Origin: an uncultured Nitrososphaerota archaeon
Lineage (GTDB): Archaea > Thermoproteota > Nitrososphaeria > Nitrososphaerales > Gagatemarchaeaceae
NCBI GenBank assembly: GCA_963703285.1
Contig: OY969807.1
Span: 2,188,124-2,252,123 of the forward strand
Reading direction: 5' to 3'
DNA length: 64,000 nucleotides
The translations under genes and the position numbers were made by a program. A model generated the notes under the pieces. The model saw nothing but the letters and a program-made list of their open reading frames with translations, did no database searches and was not told the DNA's origin. Of the stretch, positions 1-9,176 are shown piece by piece; positions within the stretch are counted from its first letter, which is position 1; each line of letters opens with the position of its first letter.

Positions 1-1583
1 ATCACCTTGGTGAATGGTCTGATGTCCATCCGCTCCCTGAGGGACCTGGCGTGCTCCTCGTCCATGCCGACGGCCGCGGCTATCTGCTTGTCAGAGAACC
101 CCAGCTTCTTCGCCTCCAGGATCAGCTCCGGGTCCCTCTCCACCCCGTCCTTCCCACTCCTCGTTATCCGGCCGTGCATGTCCACGATGTTCTTCAGCTT
201 GCTCACGAACCAGGGGTCGATCACGGACAGCCTGCTCACCTCGTCCTCCGGCAAGCCGACCATGAGCGCCTCGACCACGTCGAAGATGATCTGGTCGGTC
301 GGGTTCCTCAGCCTCTCCTTCAGGACGGCGGTGTCGTCGGTCTCGACGAAGCGCCTTATGGCGCCGTCGTACCTAATGTTGAGCATCCTAGCGGCCTTCT
401 GGACCGCCTCCTCGAAGTTCCTGCCTATCGCCATCACCTCTCCGATGGACTTCATGGCGGTCCCGATGTTCCTCGAGGCGCCCTCGAACTTCTTCGTGTC
501 CCACCTCGGCATCTTGACGACCACGTAGTCGAGCGAGGGTTCGAAGAGCGCCGTCGTCACCCCAGTGACCTTGTTCTTCAGCTCGTCGAGCGAATACCCG
601 AGGCAGAGCTTGGCCGCGATGTACGCGATCGGATACCCGGTGGCCTTCGAGGCGAGGGCCGAGGACCTCGAGAGCCTGGCGTTGATCTCGATGGCGTTGT
701 ACCTCTCCGAGTTGGGCTCGAGCGCGAACTGCATGTTGCACTCTCCGAGCACGCCGCACCTCGCCGCGGCCTTGAGCGAGAGCGACCGGAGCATGTGGTA
801 CTCCCTGTTGGTTATCGTCAGCGAGGGGGCGACCACTATGTTGTCCCCCGTGTGGACCCTCATGGAGAGGACGTTCTCCATGTTGCAGACGACCATGCTG
901 TTCTCCTTCCTGTCCCTCATCACCTCGTACTCGATCTGCTTCCAGTGCCCGATGTACTCCTCGATGAGGACCTGGTGCGCGAGGCTCAGGTTGAGCCCCC
1001 GCTGGACGATGTCGGCCAGCTCCTTCTCGTTCCGGGCCACGCCCCCTCCCCTCCCGCCTAGCGTGTACGCGACCCTCATGATGACCGGGTACCCTATCTC
1101 CTTGACTATCCTCCGGGCGTCTTCGAGCGAGTATGCCGGCTTGCTCCTCGGGACGGAGATCCCAACGTCCTGCATGGCCTCCTTGAATAGCTCCCTGTCC
1201 TCGGTGATGTCGATCCCCGAGATTGGCGTCCCCAGGACCCTCATGCCGTACTTCTCGAGGGTGCCCCTCCTGGCCAGGCCGACGCCGCAGTTCAGGGCGG
1301 TCTGCCCGCCGAACCCCAGCAAGATCGCGTCGGGCCTCTCCTTCTCTATCACCGCGGAGACGAAGTCTGGGTTGACGGGGAGGAAGTAGATCTTGTCCGC
1401 CATCCGCGGGTCGGTCTGGATGGTCGCGATGTTCGGGTTGACGAGCACGGAACGGACGCCCTCCTCCCTGAGGGCCTTGAGGCACTGGCTGCCGGAGTAG
1501 TCGAATTGGCGGCCGCTTTAGCGGCTCTCGCCGGCTTCTCCGATCTTGATTGCCCCGCTGCCCAGAACTATCGCTTTCTTCAC
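1..1583 (-). CDS. carB: Carbamoyl-phosphate synthase large subunit; runs off the left edge; two exons (1583-1527 and 1505-<1)
   Basis: Manual translation: (M)KKAIVLGSGAIKIGEAGE|FDYSGSQCLKALREEGVRSVLVNPNIATIQTD...LGFGGQTALN...WKQIEYEVMRD...RVHTGD. GTG start overlaps the corrected carA stop (GTGA). Absent from the ORF track because the frame leaves the window. Confidence 0.95.
1506..1526 (-). other. 21-nt bulge-helix-bulge/loop (tRNA-type) intron in carB mRNA
   Basis: GGCG AG/A GCCGC UAAA GCGGC CGCC AA/U: 4-bp central helix, cuts after the 2nd nt of each bulge, in-frame UAA inside; excision restores GAG UUC GAC (E-F-D). Confidence 0.85.
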
Positions 1584-2750
1584 GCTCTCATGGTTCGAAC
1601 TTTCTCACCTACCAACTTCCTGTCCTCCATGAGCGAGGCAAACCTGTCGAAGACGAACTCGCGCGTCGTAGGGGCCCGGTGAAGCCTCAGGGTGGAACTG
1701 GACCGTGATGCAGGGCTTGTTGAGGTGAATCAGCCCCTCGATGGACTTGTCGTCGGCGTTCACGAACCACGTCTTCAGGTCCGTCTTCGCGAGGCTCTCC
1801 CCGTCGACCGAGTACCCGTGGTTCTCGCTGGCCACGAACCCCTTGCCCGAGTCGAGGTCGACGATCGGCTTGTTCTGCCCCCTGTGACCGTACTTGAGCT
1901 TGTAGGTGGTTGCTCCCTGTGAGATCGCCACCAGCTGCTGCCCTAGGCAGATTCCCAGGGTCGGCATCCCCGATTCGACGAGCCTCGCCGTCGTCGCTAT
2001 GGTGTCCGAGCAGAGCACGGGGTCGCCCGGCCCGTTGCTGACGACGACGCCTGCCGGGTCGTGCCTCATCACGTCGGCGTAGGAGTAGTCGTACGGGGCC
2101 CTGACGACGCTGTATCCCCTGAGGAGGAGGTTGCGTATTATGCTCAGCTTCGTCCCGCAGTCCAGCAGGACGACCCTCCTCTCCGAGTCCCCGTAGACCT
2201 GGGCCCTCCTCGGGGAGACCTTCCTCACGAAATCGATAGAGCCGTACTTCGTCGACTGCTTAAGGAGCCTCATCAGCTCTGCCTTCGAGGAGAGCTCCAC
2301 GCCGTTTGCCAGGACACCCATCATGACCCCCCTCTCCCTCAGCTTCGTGACGAGGGCCCGCGTGTCGATATCGCTAATCCCCGGGATCCCCTCGCTGCGC
2401 ATCCACTCCGAGATGTTGCGCTTCGAGTCCCAGTGGTTCGGGCGTTCGCAGTACTCCTGGACCACTATCCCGCTGACCTTGATCGATTCCGATTCGAACT
2501 GCCTCGGCATGCCCATGAGGTCGAGGTCCTTCATGCTCGGGACGCCATAGTTTCCTATCAGCGGAAATGTGAACGTCAGGACCTGGCCCGCGTAGGAAGG
2601 GTCGGTCATCGACTCCGGATATCCGACCATCCCCGTGGTGAAGACAACCTCCGCGACACTCGTCGTCTCTGCCCCGAACCCCCTCCCGAGGAAGAGTGAG
2701 CCATCCTCGAGAAGAAGGACGGCCGGGTTGCTCCCCTCAGTTTTGTCCAT
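1580..2750 (-). CDS. carA: Carbamoyl-phosphate synthase small subunit; 1-nt frameshift near 1662
   Basis: LEDG..GRGFGA, EVVFTTGMVGYPESMTDPSY, SNGPGDP, GICLG, QFHPEASPGP; corrected C-terminus EFVFDRFASLMEDRK..MRA* ends at 1580. Confidence 0.95.
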
Positions 2751-2773
2751 AGGGTCTCTTAAAGAATATGGGC

Positions 2774-3475
2774 TCAGGCCCTTGTCTTTTTAAACGCTTT
2801 GACGGTTTCCGCGTCTTCGCGCAGCCTGTCGCTGTTCGCGAGACGCTTCCGCTCCTCAGTGATGAGGTCCGTCAGCGCTGTGAAGGCCTTCCCGACCTCC
2901 TTCATCTTCACCACTATGATGGTGTCCGTGTGGCAGCTCACGGTGTCCTCGATGTTGACGTGCCGCCTGGCTATCTGGTTGTAGAAGTTGATTATCGTCC
3001 CCGGGGTCGTCCTTATCGTGATGGGGCTCTGGACGATGATGGCTGCATAGTCGTCCCCCTCCTCAAGGATCACAGAGTCCGGGAGCCTCTCCCTGATGCG
3101 GCTGTGCAGCTTCTGGTCGAAGATGAGCGTGATCGAGGAGATGCTCTCGGAGACGTGGAGGAAATCGTGCTGGTAGGTGGCCAGCATCCCGCTGACGGCC
3201 TCGAGCGTCTTCCGCGTCTTCTCGACCGAGATCTTGGAGACGTGTGTCCTCACGTTCACCACGCTCTCCGCGATCACCGTCCTGATCTCCTCGGACGCTG
3301 CCGTGTAGACCCCCCGGAGCCTCTTCAGCGACGTTATGATGCTCTCCAGGTTGACCTCCCTCCCCAGCTTCTCTGATATCCTCGGCTGCATCATCCTCGC
3401 GACCGCGCTTATGTTCGCGTAGTCCCTCGCCAGGGCGTCCTGCAGCGAGAGGTCGTAGTCAATCTCGTCCCTCAC
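2774..3475 (-). CDS. Archaeal ACT-domain protein, putative amino-acid-responsive regulator; start uncertain
   Basis: N-terminal ANISAVAR helical motif and C-terminal ACT-like repeat (TPG..INFYNQIARRHVNIEDTVSCHTDTIIVV); lies between carA and argG. Confidence 0.7.
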   Translation of the reverse strand: MRDEIDYDLSLQDALARDYANISAVARMMQPRISEKLGREVNLESIITSLKRLRGVYTAASEEIRTVIAESVVNVRTHVSKISVEKTRKTLEAVSGMLATYQHDFLHVSESISSITLIFDQKLHSRIRERLPDSVILEEGDDYAAIIVQSPITIRTTPGTIINFYNQIARRHVNIEDTVSCHTDTIIVVKMKEVGKAFTALTDLITEERKRLANSDRLREDAETVKAFKKTRA

Positions 3476-3550
3476 CGCCGCTACTATCCCTCCCGGGATG
3501 ACCGATTTCGTAACACTCGACCCCTAAACTGGGTCCATTATGGCCAAAAT

Positions 3551-3560
3551 CTATAAAAAC
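3551..3560. promoter_or_regulatory. Putative bidirectional TATA box for argG and the ACT gene
   Basis: CTATAAAAAC about 25-30 nt upstream of the argG TTG start, consistent with leaderless transcription. Confidence 0.5.
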
Positions 3561-3583
3561 GTTTCATTCAGGGTCAAAAAACC

Positions 3584-4813
3584 TTGAGAGAGAAGATAGT
3601 CCTCGCCTACTCCGGCGGGCTCGACACGTCGGTGATCATCCGCTGGCTTCAGGAGAAGTACGACGCGGAGGTGATCACGCTGACGCTCGACCTAGGCCAG
3701 AAGGAGGACTTCAGGGAGATAGCGGCTAGGTCGAAGGCCGCAGGCGCCGCGAAGCACTACCAGCTGGACGTCAAGGAGGAGTTCGTCAGGGACTACGTCA
3801 TCCCCTCCATTCGCGCCAACGGGATGTACGAGGGCAAGTACCCTCTCGCGACCGCGCTGGGGCGGCCGCTGATCGCCACCAAGCTCGTCGAGGTCGCCGA
3901 GAAGGAGGGCGCGACCGCCGTCGCGCACGGTTGCACCGGCAAGGGCAACGACCAGGTGAGGATGGACGTCACCGTCAGGTCGCTGAACCCGTCCCTCCGG
4001 GTCATCGCTCCGGTGAGGGAGTGGAACATGTCCAGGGACGAGGAGCTGGTCTACGCGAGGAAGCACAAGATACCCATCAAGCCGTCAAATTCGATCTTCA
4101 GCATCGACCAGAACCTCTGGGGACGGTCCATAGAGAGCGGACCGATGGAGGACCTCGCCACCGAGCCCCCGGCCAGCGCCTTCGAATGGGTGACGCAGCC
4201 CAAGGACGCCCCCGACTCCCCCGGCTACATCGAGCTGGGCTTCGTGGGAGGCGCGCCGCGCACGGTCAACGGTGTGGAGAAGGGAAGCCTCGCCCTCATC
4301 AGGCACGTGAACGAGTTCGCCGGGCGGCACGGCGTCGGGATAATCGACCACATCGAAGACAGGCTGGTCGGGATAAAATCGCGCGAGGTCTACGAGGCCC
4401 CCGCCGCGGTCTCGATAATCGAGGCCCACAGGGACCTCGAGCAGCTGGTGCTGACGAGGCACGAGCTCGCCTTCAAGGCCGGCGTGGAGAGAGAGTGGTC
4501 CTGGCTGGTCTACTCGGGGCTCTGGATGGAGCCCCTGCGCCACGCCCTCGACGCTTTCATCGAAGCGACCCAGAAGCGGGTCACGGGGAGCATACGCCTG
4601 AAGCTCTACAAGGGCGGGCTCCGGGTAGTCGGAAGATCGTCCCCCAAGTCGCTCTACGACGTCAGGCTGTCAACCTACCACAAGGGGTCCACCTTCGACC
4701 AGAGCTCTGCCGTCGGCTTCATCGAGCTGTGGGGTCTCCAGTCACGCATTGCGGCGAGGATGGCGTCCAAGGCCACGAGAAGTAGAAATGCCGAACATAC
4801 TAAGGGGAAGTAG
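3584..4813 (+). CDS. argG: Argininosuccinate synthase
   Basis: IVLAYSGGLDTS, AHGCTGKGNDQVR, SIDQNLWGRSIE, GIKSREVYEAP. Confidence 0.97.
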   Translation: MREKIVLAYSGGLDTSVIIRWLQEKYDAEVITLTLDLGQKEDFREIAARSKAAGAAKHYQLDVKEEFVRDYVIPSIRANGMYEGKYPLATALGRPLIATKLVEVAEKEGATAVAHGCTGKGNDQVRMDVTVRSLNPSLRVIAPVREWNMSRDEELVYARKHKIPIKPSNSIFSIDQNLWGRSIESGPMEDLATEPPASAFEWVTQPKDAPDSPGYIELGFVGGAPRTVNGVEKGSLALIRHVNEFAGRHGVGIIDHIEDRLVGIKSREVYEAPAAVSIIEAHRDLEQLVLTRHELAFKAGVEREWSWLVYSGLWMEPLRHALDAFIEATQKRVTGSIRLKLYKGGLRVVGRSSPKSLYDVRLSTYHKGSTFDQSSAVGFIELWGLQSRIAARMASKATRSRNAEHTKGK

Positions 4814-6275
4814 GGTCAAGCGCTCGAGCAAGAGAGCGAACGACTTCATCTCCTCGATAGCCTTCGACGGCCCCATCTCAAGGCACGTGGTCTCGATAAG
4901 CATCGCTCACGTGATCGCACTTCGCAGGTCGAAGGAGGTGAGCCCGGAGGTCGCCTCCGCGTTGCTCGGGTTCCTCTCCCGGCTCCCGGAGGGCCCCGCC
5001 CTGGACGCGGAGACGGAGGACGTCCACCACATGCTCGAGCAGGAGGCGATAAGGTCGATAGGGATCGAGAAGGCGGGCTACCTCAACCTAGGGAAGAGCA
5101 GGAACGACCAGGTGGCGACCGCGCTCCGGATGGAGACGAGGGAGCGGTTGCTCGCGCTCTCCGCCTCCCTCTGCAGCGTCCAGGAATCCCTGGTCCGGTT
5201 GATCCGCGGGTCGGGAAGGCTCCTGATGCCGGGCTACACCCACCTCCAGCACGCCCAGCCCATCACGCTCGCCCACCACCTGCAGGGATACTTCGAGGCC
5301 CTGCAGCGGGACGTAGAGCGTGCCCAGCAGACATTTCGCCGCGTGAACCTCTCGCCCATGGGGGCGGCCGCCCTCGCTGGGACCTCAGTCCTCCTCGACA
5401 GGGACTACGTCGCTTCCTTGCTCGGTTTCGAGGGTCTAGCCGAGAACGCGATGGACGCGGTCTCATCGAGGGACTTCGCCCTCGAGACGGTCGCCGTCTC
5501 GGCCATCGCCATGGTCGACCTCAGCCGGATCGCCGAGGAGGTTGTGCTCTGGTCCTCGTCCGAGTTCGGGTTCGCCGAGGTCGCCGACGAGTACAGCGCC
5601 ACCAGCAGCATCATGCCCCAGAAGAAGAATCCGGTGGTCGCGGAGACCATAAGGGCCAAGTGCGGATCGGTGATAGGCGAGCTCGCCGCGTCGTTCGCGA
5701 TAACCAAGGCCCTACCGAACTCCTACAACCTCGACCTTCAGGAGGTGACGCCACACCTCTGGAGGGCGCTTGACGCCGCTGTCGACTCGGCTACACTGAT
5801 GGGAGAGATGCTCTCGTCGCTCCGGTTCGATTCCGCCAGGCTCGCGGGTTCGGTGCGGGGGGACATGTCGACGGCGACGGAGCTCGCGAACTACCTCGTC
5901 AGGGAGCACCAGGTCCCCTTCCGGCAGGCGCATGCGGTGGTGGGCGAGCTCGTGAGGAAGTCCATCGAGAAGGGCTCCCCGCTGGAGGCGACGGTCGAGG
6001 CCTACCTTCCCGCGGTCTCGTCAAGGGTCGTCGGCCGGACGCTAAAGATTGATAAATCCCGGCTCCGGAGCGTGCTCGATGCACTCAAAACCCTGGAGTT
6101 GACGCGCACCGCAGGCGGGGCGAACCCGCGTTCTATCCCTGGCCTGCTCCACAAGGACTCCATCACAGTCAAGAACAACCTCTCCTGGATAACGCAGACG
6201 AAGAGTCTCCTGAGCGAGGCAGCCGAGCGACTGAGGGAACTGGCGGGCAAGAAACAAGTCGAGGTGAGAAGATGA
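4788..6275 (+). CDS. argH: Argininosuccinate lyase
   Basis: GKSRNDQVAT, MPGYTHLQHAQP, SSIMPQKKNP; ATG at 4788. Confidence 0.95.
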   Translation: MPNILRGSRVKRSSKRANDFISSIAFDGPISRHVVSISIAHVIALRRSKEVSPEVASALLGFLSRLPEGPALDAETEDVHHMLEQEAIRSIGIEKAGYLNLGKSRNDQVATALRMETRERLLALSASLCSVQESLVRLIRGSGRLLMPGYTHLQHAQPITLAHHLQGYFEALQRDVERAQQTFRRVNLSPMGAAALAGTSVLLDRDYVASLLGFEGLAENAMDAVSSRDFALETVAVSAIAMVDLSRIAEEVVLWSSSEFGFAEVADEYSATSSIMPQKKNPVVAETIRAKCGSVIGELAASFAITKALPNSYNLDLQEVTPHLWRALDAAVDSATLMGEMLSSLRFDSARLAGSVRGDMSTATELANYLVREHQVPFRQAHAVVGELVRKSIEKGSPLEATVEAYLPAVSSRVVGRTLKIDKSRLRSVLDALKTLELTRTAGGANPRSIPGLLHKDSITVKNNLSWITQTKSLLSEAAERLRELAGKKQVEVRR

Positions 6276-6445
6276 TAGCAAAGTGCGAAGAATGTGACGC
6301 AGACATAACCATCCCCGAGGACGCCATCGTCGGCGAGATAGTCCAGTGCAAGGAATGTAGCGCCGAGTACGAGGTTGGGTCGGTGGGCGACGGGAAAGTC
6401 ACGCTCAAGGAGGCAGAGGTCGCCGAGGAGGACTGGGGCGAGTAG
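6272..6445 (+). CDS. lysW: Amino-group carrier protein LysW, 57 aa
   Basis: MIAKCEECDA...CKECSAEYEV...EEDWGE*; C-terminal EDWGE signature; below ORF-track length cutoff. Confidence 0.95.
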   Translation: MIAKCEECDADITIPEDAIVGEIVQCKECSAEYEVGSVGDGKVTLKEAEVAEEDWGE

Positions 6446-7300
6446 TTGAAGATCACCATCCTCTACGACAGGATAAGGGGCGAGGAGAAGTGGCTAGCCA
6501 CTGAGGCCAGGAAGGCGGGGTGCACAGCGGAGCTGGTGGACGGGAGGACGCTGTCGTTCGAGCTCACCGACGGGGCCGCGAAGAGCCCCTTCGGTGACGT
6601 CGTCCTTCAGCGCTGCATCAGCTACTACCGCTCCCTCTTCCTGACAAAGATCCTGGAGAACTTCGGCGCGCGGGTAATCAACACCTCGAAGGTCTCCGAG
6701 GTCTGCGGGAACAAGATGGTCTCCTCCATGGTCCTTGCCAAGGCAGGGGTCCCGACCCCCCGGACCTACGTCGCCCTATCCTCCGAGGCCGTCGGGGAGA
6801 CGGCGAAGCTCCTCGGCTACCCCATCGTCCTCAAGCCTTTCGTCGGGAGCTGGGGCCGGATGATAAGCGTCGCCAGGGACGCGCAGGCCCTGGACACAAT
6901 CGTCGAACTGAGGGAGGTTATACCGAACCCGCTCGAGCACATGTACTACCTCCAGGATTTCATAGAGAGGCCGCCCCGCGACATAAGGGCGATAGTCGCC
7001 GGCGAGGAGATAATCGCGACCGTCTACAGGAACGCCTCCGAGAACGAGTGGAGGACCAACGTTGCCCGCGGCGCCACCACCACCGCCTTCAAGCCGGACA
7101 GAGAGCTCACGGAGATAGTCCACAAGGCGGCCCACGCCGTGGGGGGCGGGATTCTCGGGGTGGACGTGATGGAGTCGAAGGAGGGGTACGTCGTCCACGA
7201 GGTCAACAACACCGTGGAGTTCAAGGGCGCCCAGGCGGCGTCGAAGACGAGGATCGCCAAGAAGATGATCGATTTCGTCGTGAGGAGCGCGAAGCGATAG
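6446..7300 (+). CDS. argX: Glutamate--LysW ligase (RimK/ATP-grasp)
   Basis: KPFVGSWGR; WRTNVARG and EFKG motifs fit the ArgX type. Confidence 0.8.
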   Translation: MKITILYDRIRGEEKWLATEARKAGCTAELVDGRTLSFELTDGAAKSPFGDVVLQRCISYYRSLFLTKILENFGARVINTSKVSEVCGNKMVSSMVLAKAGVPTPRTYVALSSEAVGETAKLLGYPIVLKPFVGSWGRMISVARDAQALDTIVELREVIPNPLEHMYYLQDFIERPPRDIRAIVAGEEIIATVYRNASENEWRTNVARGATTTAFKPDRELTEIVHKAAHAVGGGILGVDVMESKEGYVVHEVNNTVEFKGAQAASKTRIAKKMIDFVVRSAKR

Positions 7301-8362
7301 ATGGTCCGGGTCGGAGTCGTCGGAGCGTCGGGCTACGCTGGCGGAGAGCTCGTCAGGATCCTCCTCGGGCACGGTAAGGTGGACCTCGCCTTCGCGACCT
7401 CCAGGAAGAACGCCGGGGAGTACCTGTTCCGTGTCCATCCAAACCTCAGGGGGATTACGGAGATGCAGTTCATCGACAACGACTTCTCGAAGATGACCGC
7501 GATGGCCGACGTCGTGCTTACGGCGCTGCCCCACGGCCAGTCTCTGGACCTCATCTCTCAGCTCGCGGCCTCGGGCCTCAAGGTCGTCGACCTGAGCGCC
7601 GACTTCCGGCTCAAGGATCCAGCTGCCTACGAGACCTGGTACGGCTTCAAGCACCCCAACCCCGACCTCCTCGCGAAGTTCGTCTACGCGGTCCCCGAGC
7701 TTAACGGGGAGGAGATCGCGAAGGCGAGCCTAGCCTCCTCGCCCGGGTGCATGGCGATAACCTCGATCCTGGCGATGGCCCCTCTCTTCAAGCAGCGCGA
7801 GCTCCGCGTCGACAGGGAGCACGTCGTCGTCGACGCCAAGATTGCCTCGTCAGGAGCTGGAGGGAAGCCTTCCCTCTCCACGCACTTCTCGGAGCGGTAC
7901 GGCGTGGTGCGCCCCTACAAACCCGCAGGCCACCGACACACCGCGGAGATCGAGCAGGAGCTGTCGTGGTTGGGCGAGGGGAGGGTGACCGTGTCCATGT
8001 CTGCGCACGCGATCAACATGGTCAGGGGCATCCTCTCGACGTGCCATGTCTTCTACGAAGGGGAGGTACAGAACACCGCTATCTGGAAGATGTACCGCTC
8101 CCTCTATGGCGGCAAGCCGTTCGTGCGAGTCATCAAGGACAGGAAGGGACCGTTCCGGCTCCCCGACCCGAAGGTTGTCATAGGATCCAACTTCTGCGAC
8201 GTCGGGTTCGAGCTCGACGAGCGCGGCCACAGGATCGTGGCCATCGGGGCGATTGACAACCTCCTGAAGGGGGCCGCAGGCAACGCCGTCCAGGTGATGA
8301 ACCTGATGCTCGGCCTCGACGAGAGACAGGGGATCAGCGCCGCCCCCCTCCACCCCGTGTGA
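7301..8362 (+). CDS. lysY: LysW-aminoadipyl/glutamyl-phosphate reductase (ArgC family)
   Basis: GASGYAGGEL, DLSADFRL, PGCM, HRHTAEIEQEL, DNLLKGAAGNAVQ. Confidence 0.93.
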   Translation: MVRVGVVGASGYAGGELVRILLGHGKVDLAFATSRKNAGEYLFRVHPNLRGITEMQFIDNDFSKMTAMADVVLTALPHGQSLDLISQLAASGLKVVDLSADFRLKDPAAYETWYGFKHPNPDLLAKFVYAVPELNGEEIAKASLASSPGCMAITSILAMAPLFKQRELRVDREHVVVDAKIASSGAGGKPSLSTHFSERYGVVRPYKPAGHRHTAEIEQELSWLGEGRVTVSMSAHAINMVRGILSTCHVFYEGEVQNTAIWKMYRSLYGGKPFVRVIKDRKGPFRLPDPKVVIGSNFCDVGFELDERGHRIVAIGAIDNLLKGAAGNAVQVMNLMLGLDERQGISAAPLHPV

Positions 8363-9176
8363 TTCGATTGAGGATCGTGATCAAGCTCGGGGGCGACATG
8401 GTGAAGGGCCAGTTCCCCGCGGGCCTGCTGGCGGACCTCAAGAAGCTCGGCCCGGCTCACCAGCTGATCCTCGTCCACGGAGGAGGCGACGTCGTCACCG
8501 AGATTGCTACGAAGCTCGGGAAGGAGCAGAGGTTCGTCGTCTCTCCCGACGGCATCAGATCCCGCTACACCGACAGGGAGACGATGGACATCTTCACGAT
8601 GGTCATGTGCGGCCTCATCGCCAAGAAGCTCGTGGAGACACTCTCGACCAACGGGATCAGGGCGGTCTCCCTCTCGGGGCTCGACGGGGGAATTCTCAGG
8701 GCCACGAGGAAGAAGAAGCTCCTCATAGTCGACGAGCGCGGGAGAAAGGTCGTGATAGACGGCGGCTACACCGGTAGGATGCAGTCTGCGGACGGGACCG
8801 TCCTGGACGCGCTGCTCGAGAGAGGGTTCGTCCCCCTCGTCTCGCCCATCGCGATGGGCGACGACTCCGAGCCTCTCAACGTGGACTCCGACAGGGCCGC
8901 CGCCTACGTCGCGATGGGGCGCGGGCGGACGCCGTACTCTTCCTCACCGACGTGAAGGGGCTGAAGCTCGACGGGAACGTCGTCGGGAGCATGACGATAG
9001 ACGAGGCCAGGATCTCGATGCCGAGGATAGGGTACGGGATGCAGAAGAAGATCCTGGCAGGAATCGAGGCGATGGAGGGTGGTGTGAATGAGGTGATAGT
9101 GGCCTCGGGGTTCGGTCCCTCTCCCCTCTCGGCGGCGATGGCTCACGAAGAGTGCACGGTGATTACTTCGAGATGA
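8359..9176 (+). CDS. lysZ: LysW-aminoadipate/glutamate kinase (ArgB family); frameshift in G-run 8916-8919
   Basis: IKLGG, VHGGG, SRYTD, LNVDSDRAAA then shifted FLTDVKG...GYGMQKKI. Confidence 0.9.

Noticed and set aside
51-1485. Long alternative-frame and antisense ORFs here and throughout the window
   Set aside because: Shadow ORFs expected from high GC3 codon bias over real genes; no recognisable motifs.
8916-8919. lysZ frameshift as programmed frameshift or intron
   Set aside because: Single missing G in a G-run with no structure; typical sequencing indel.
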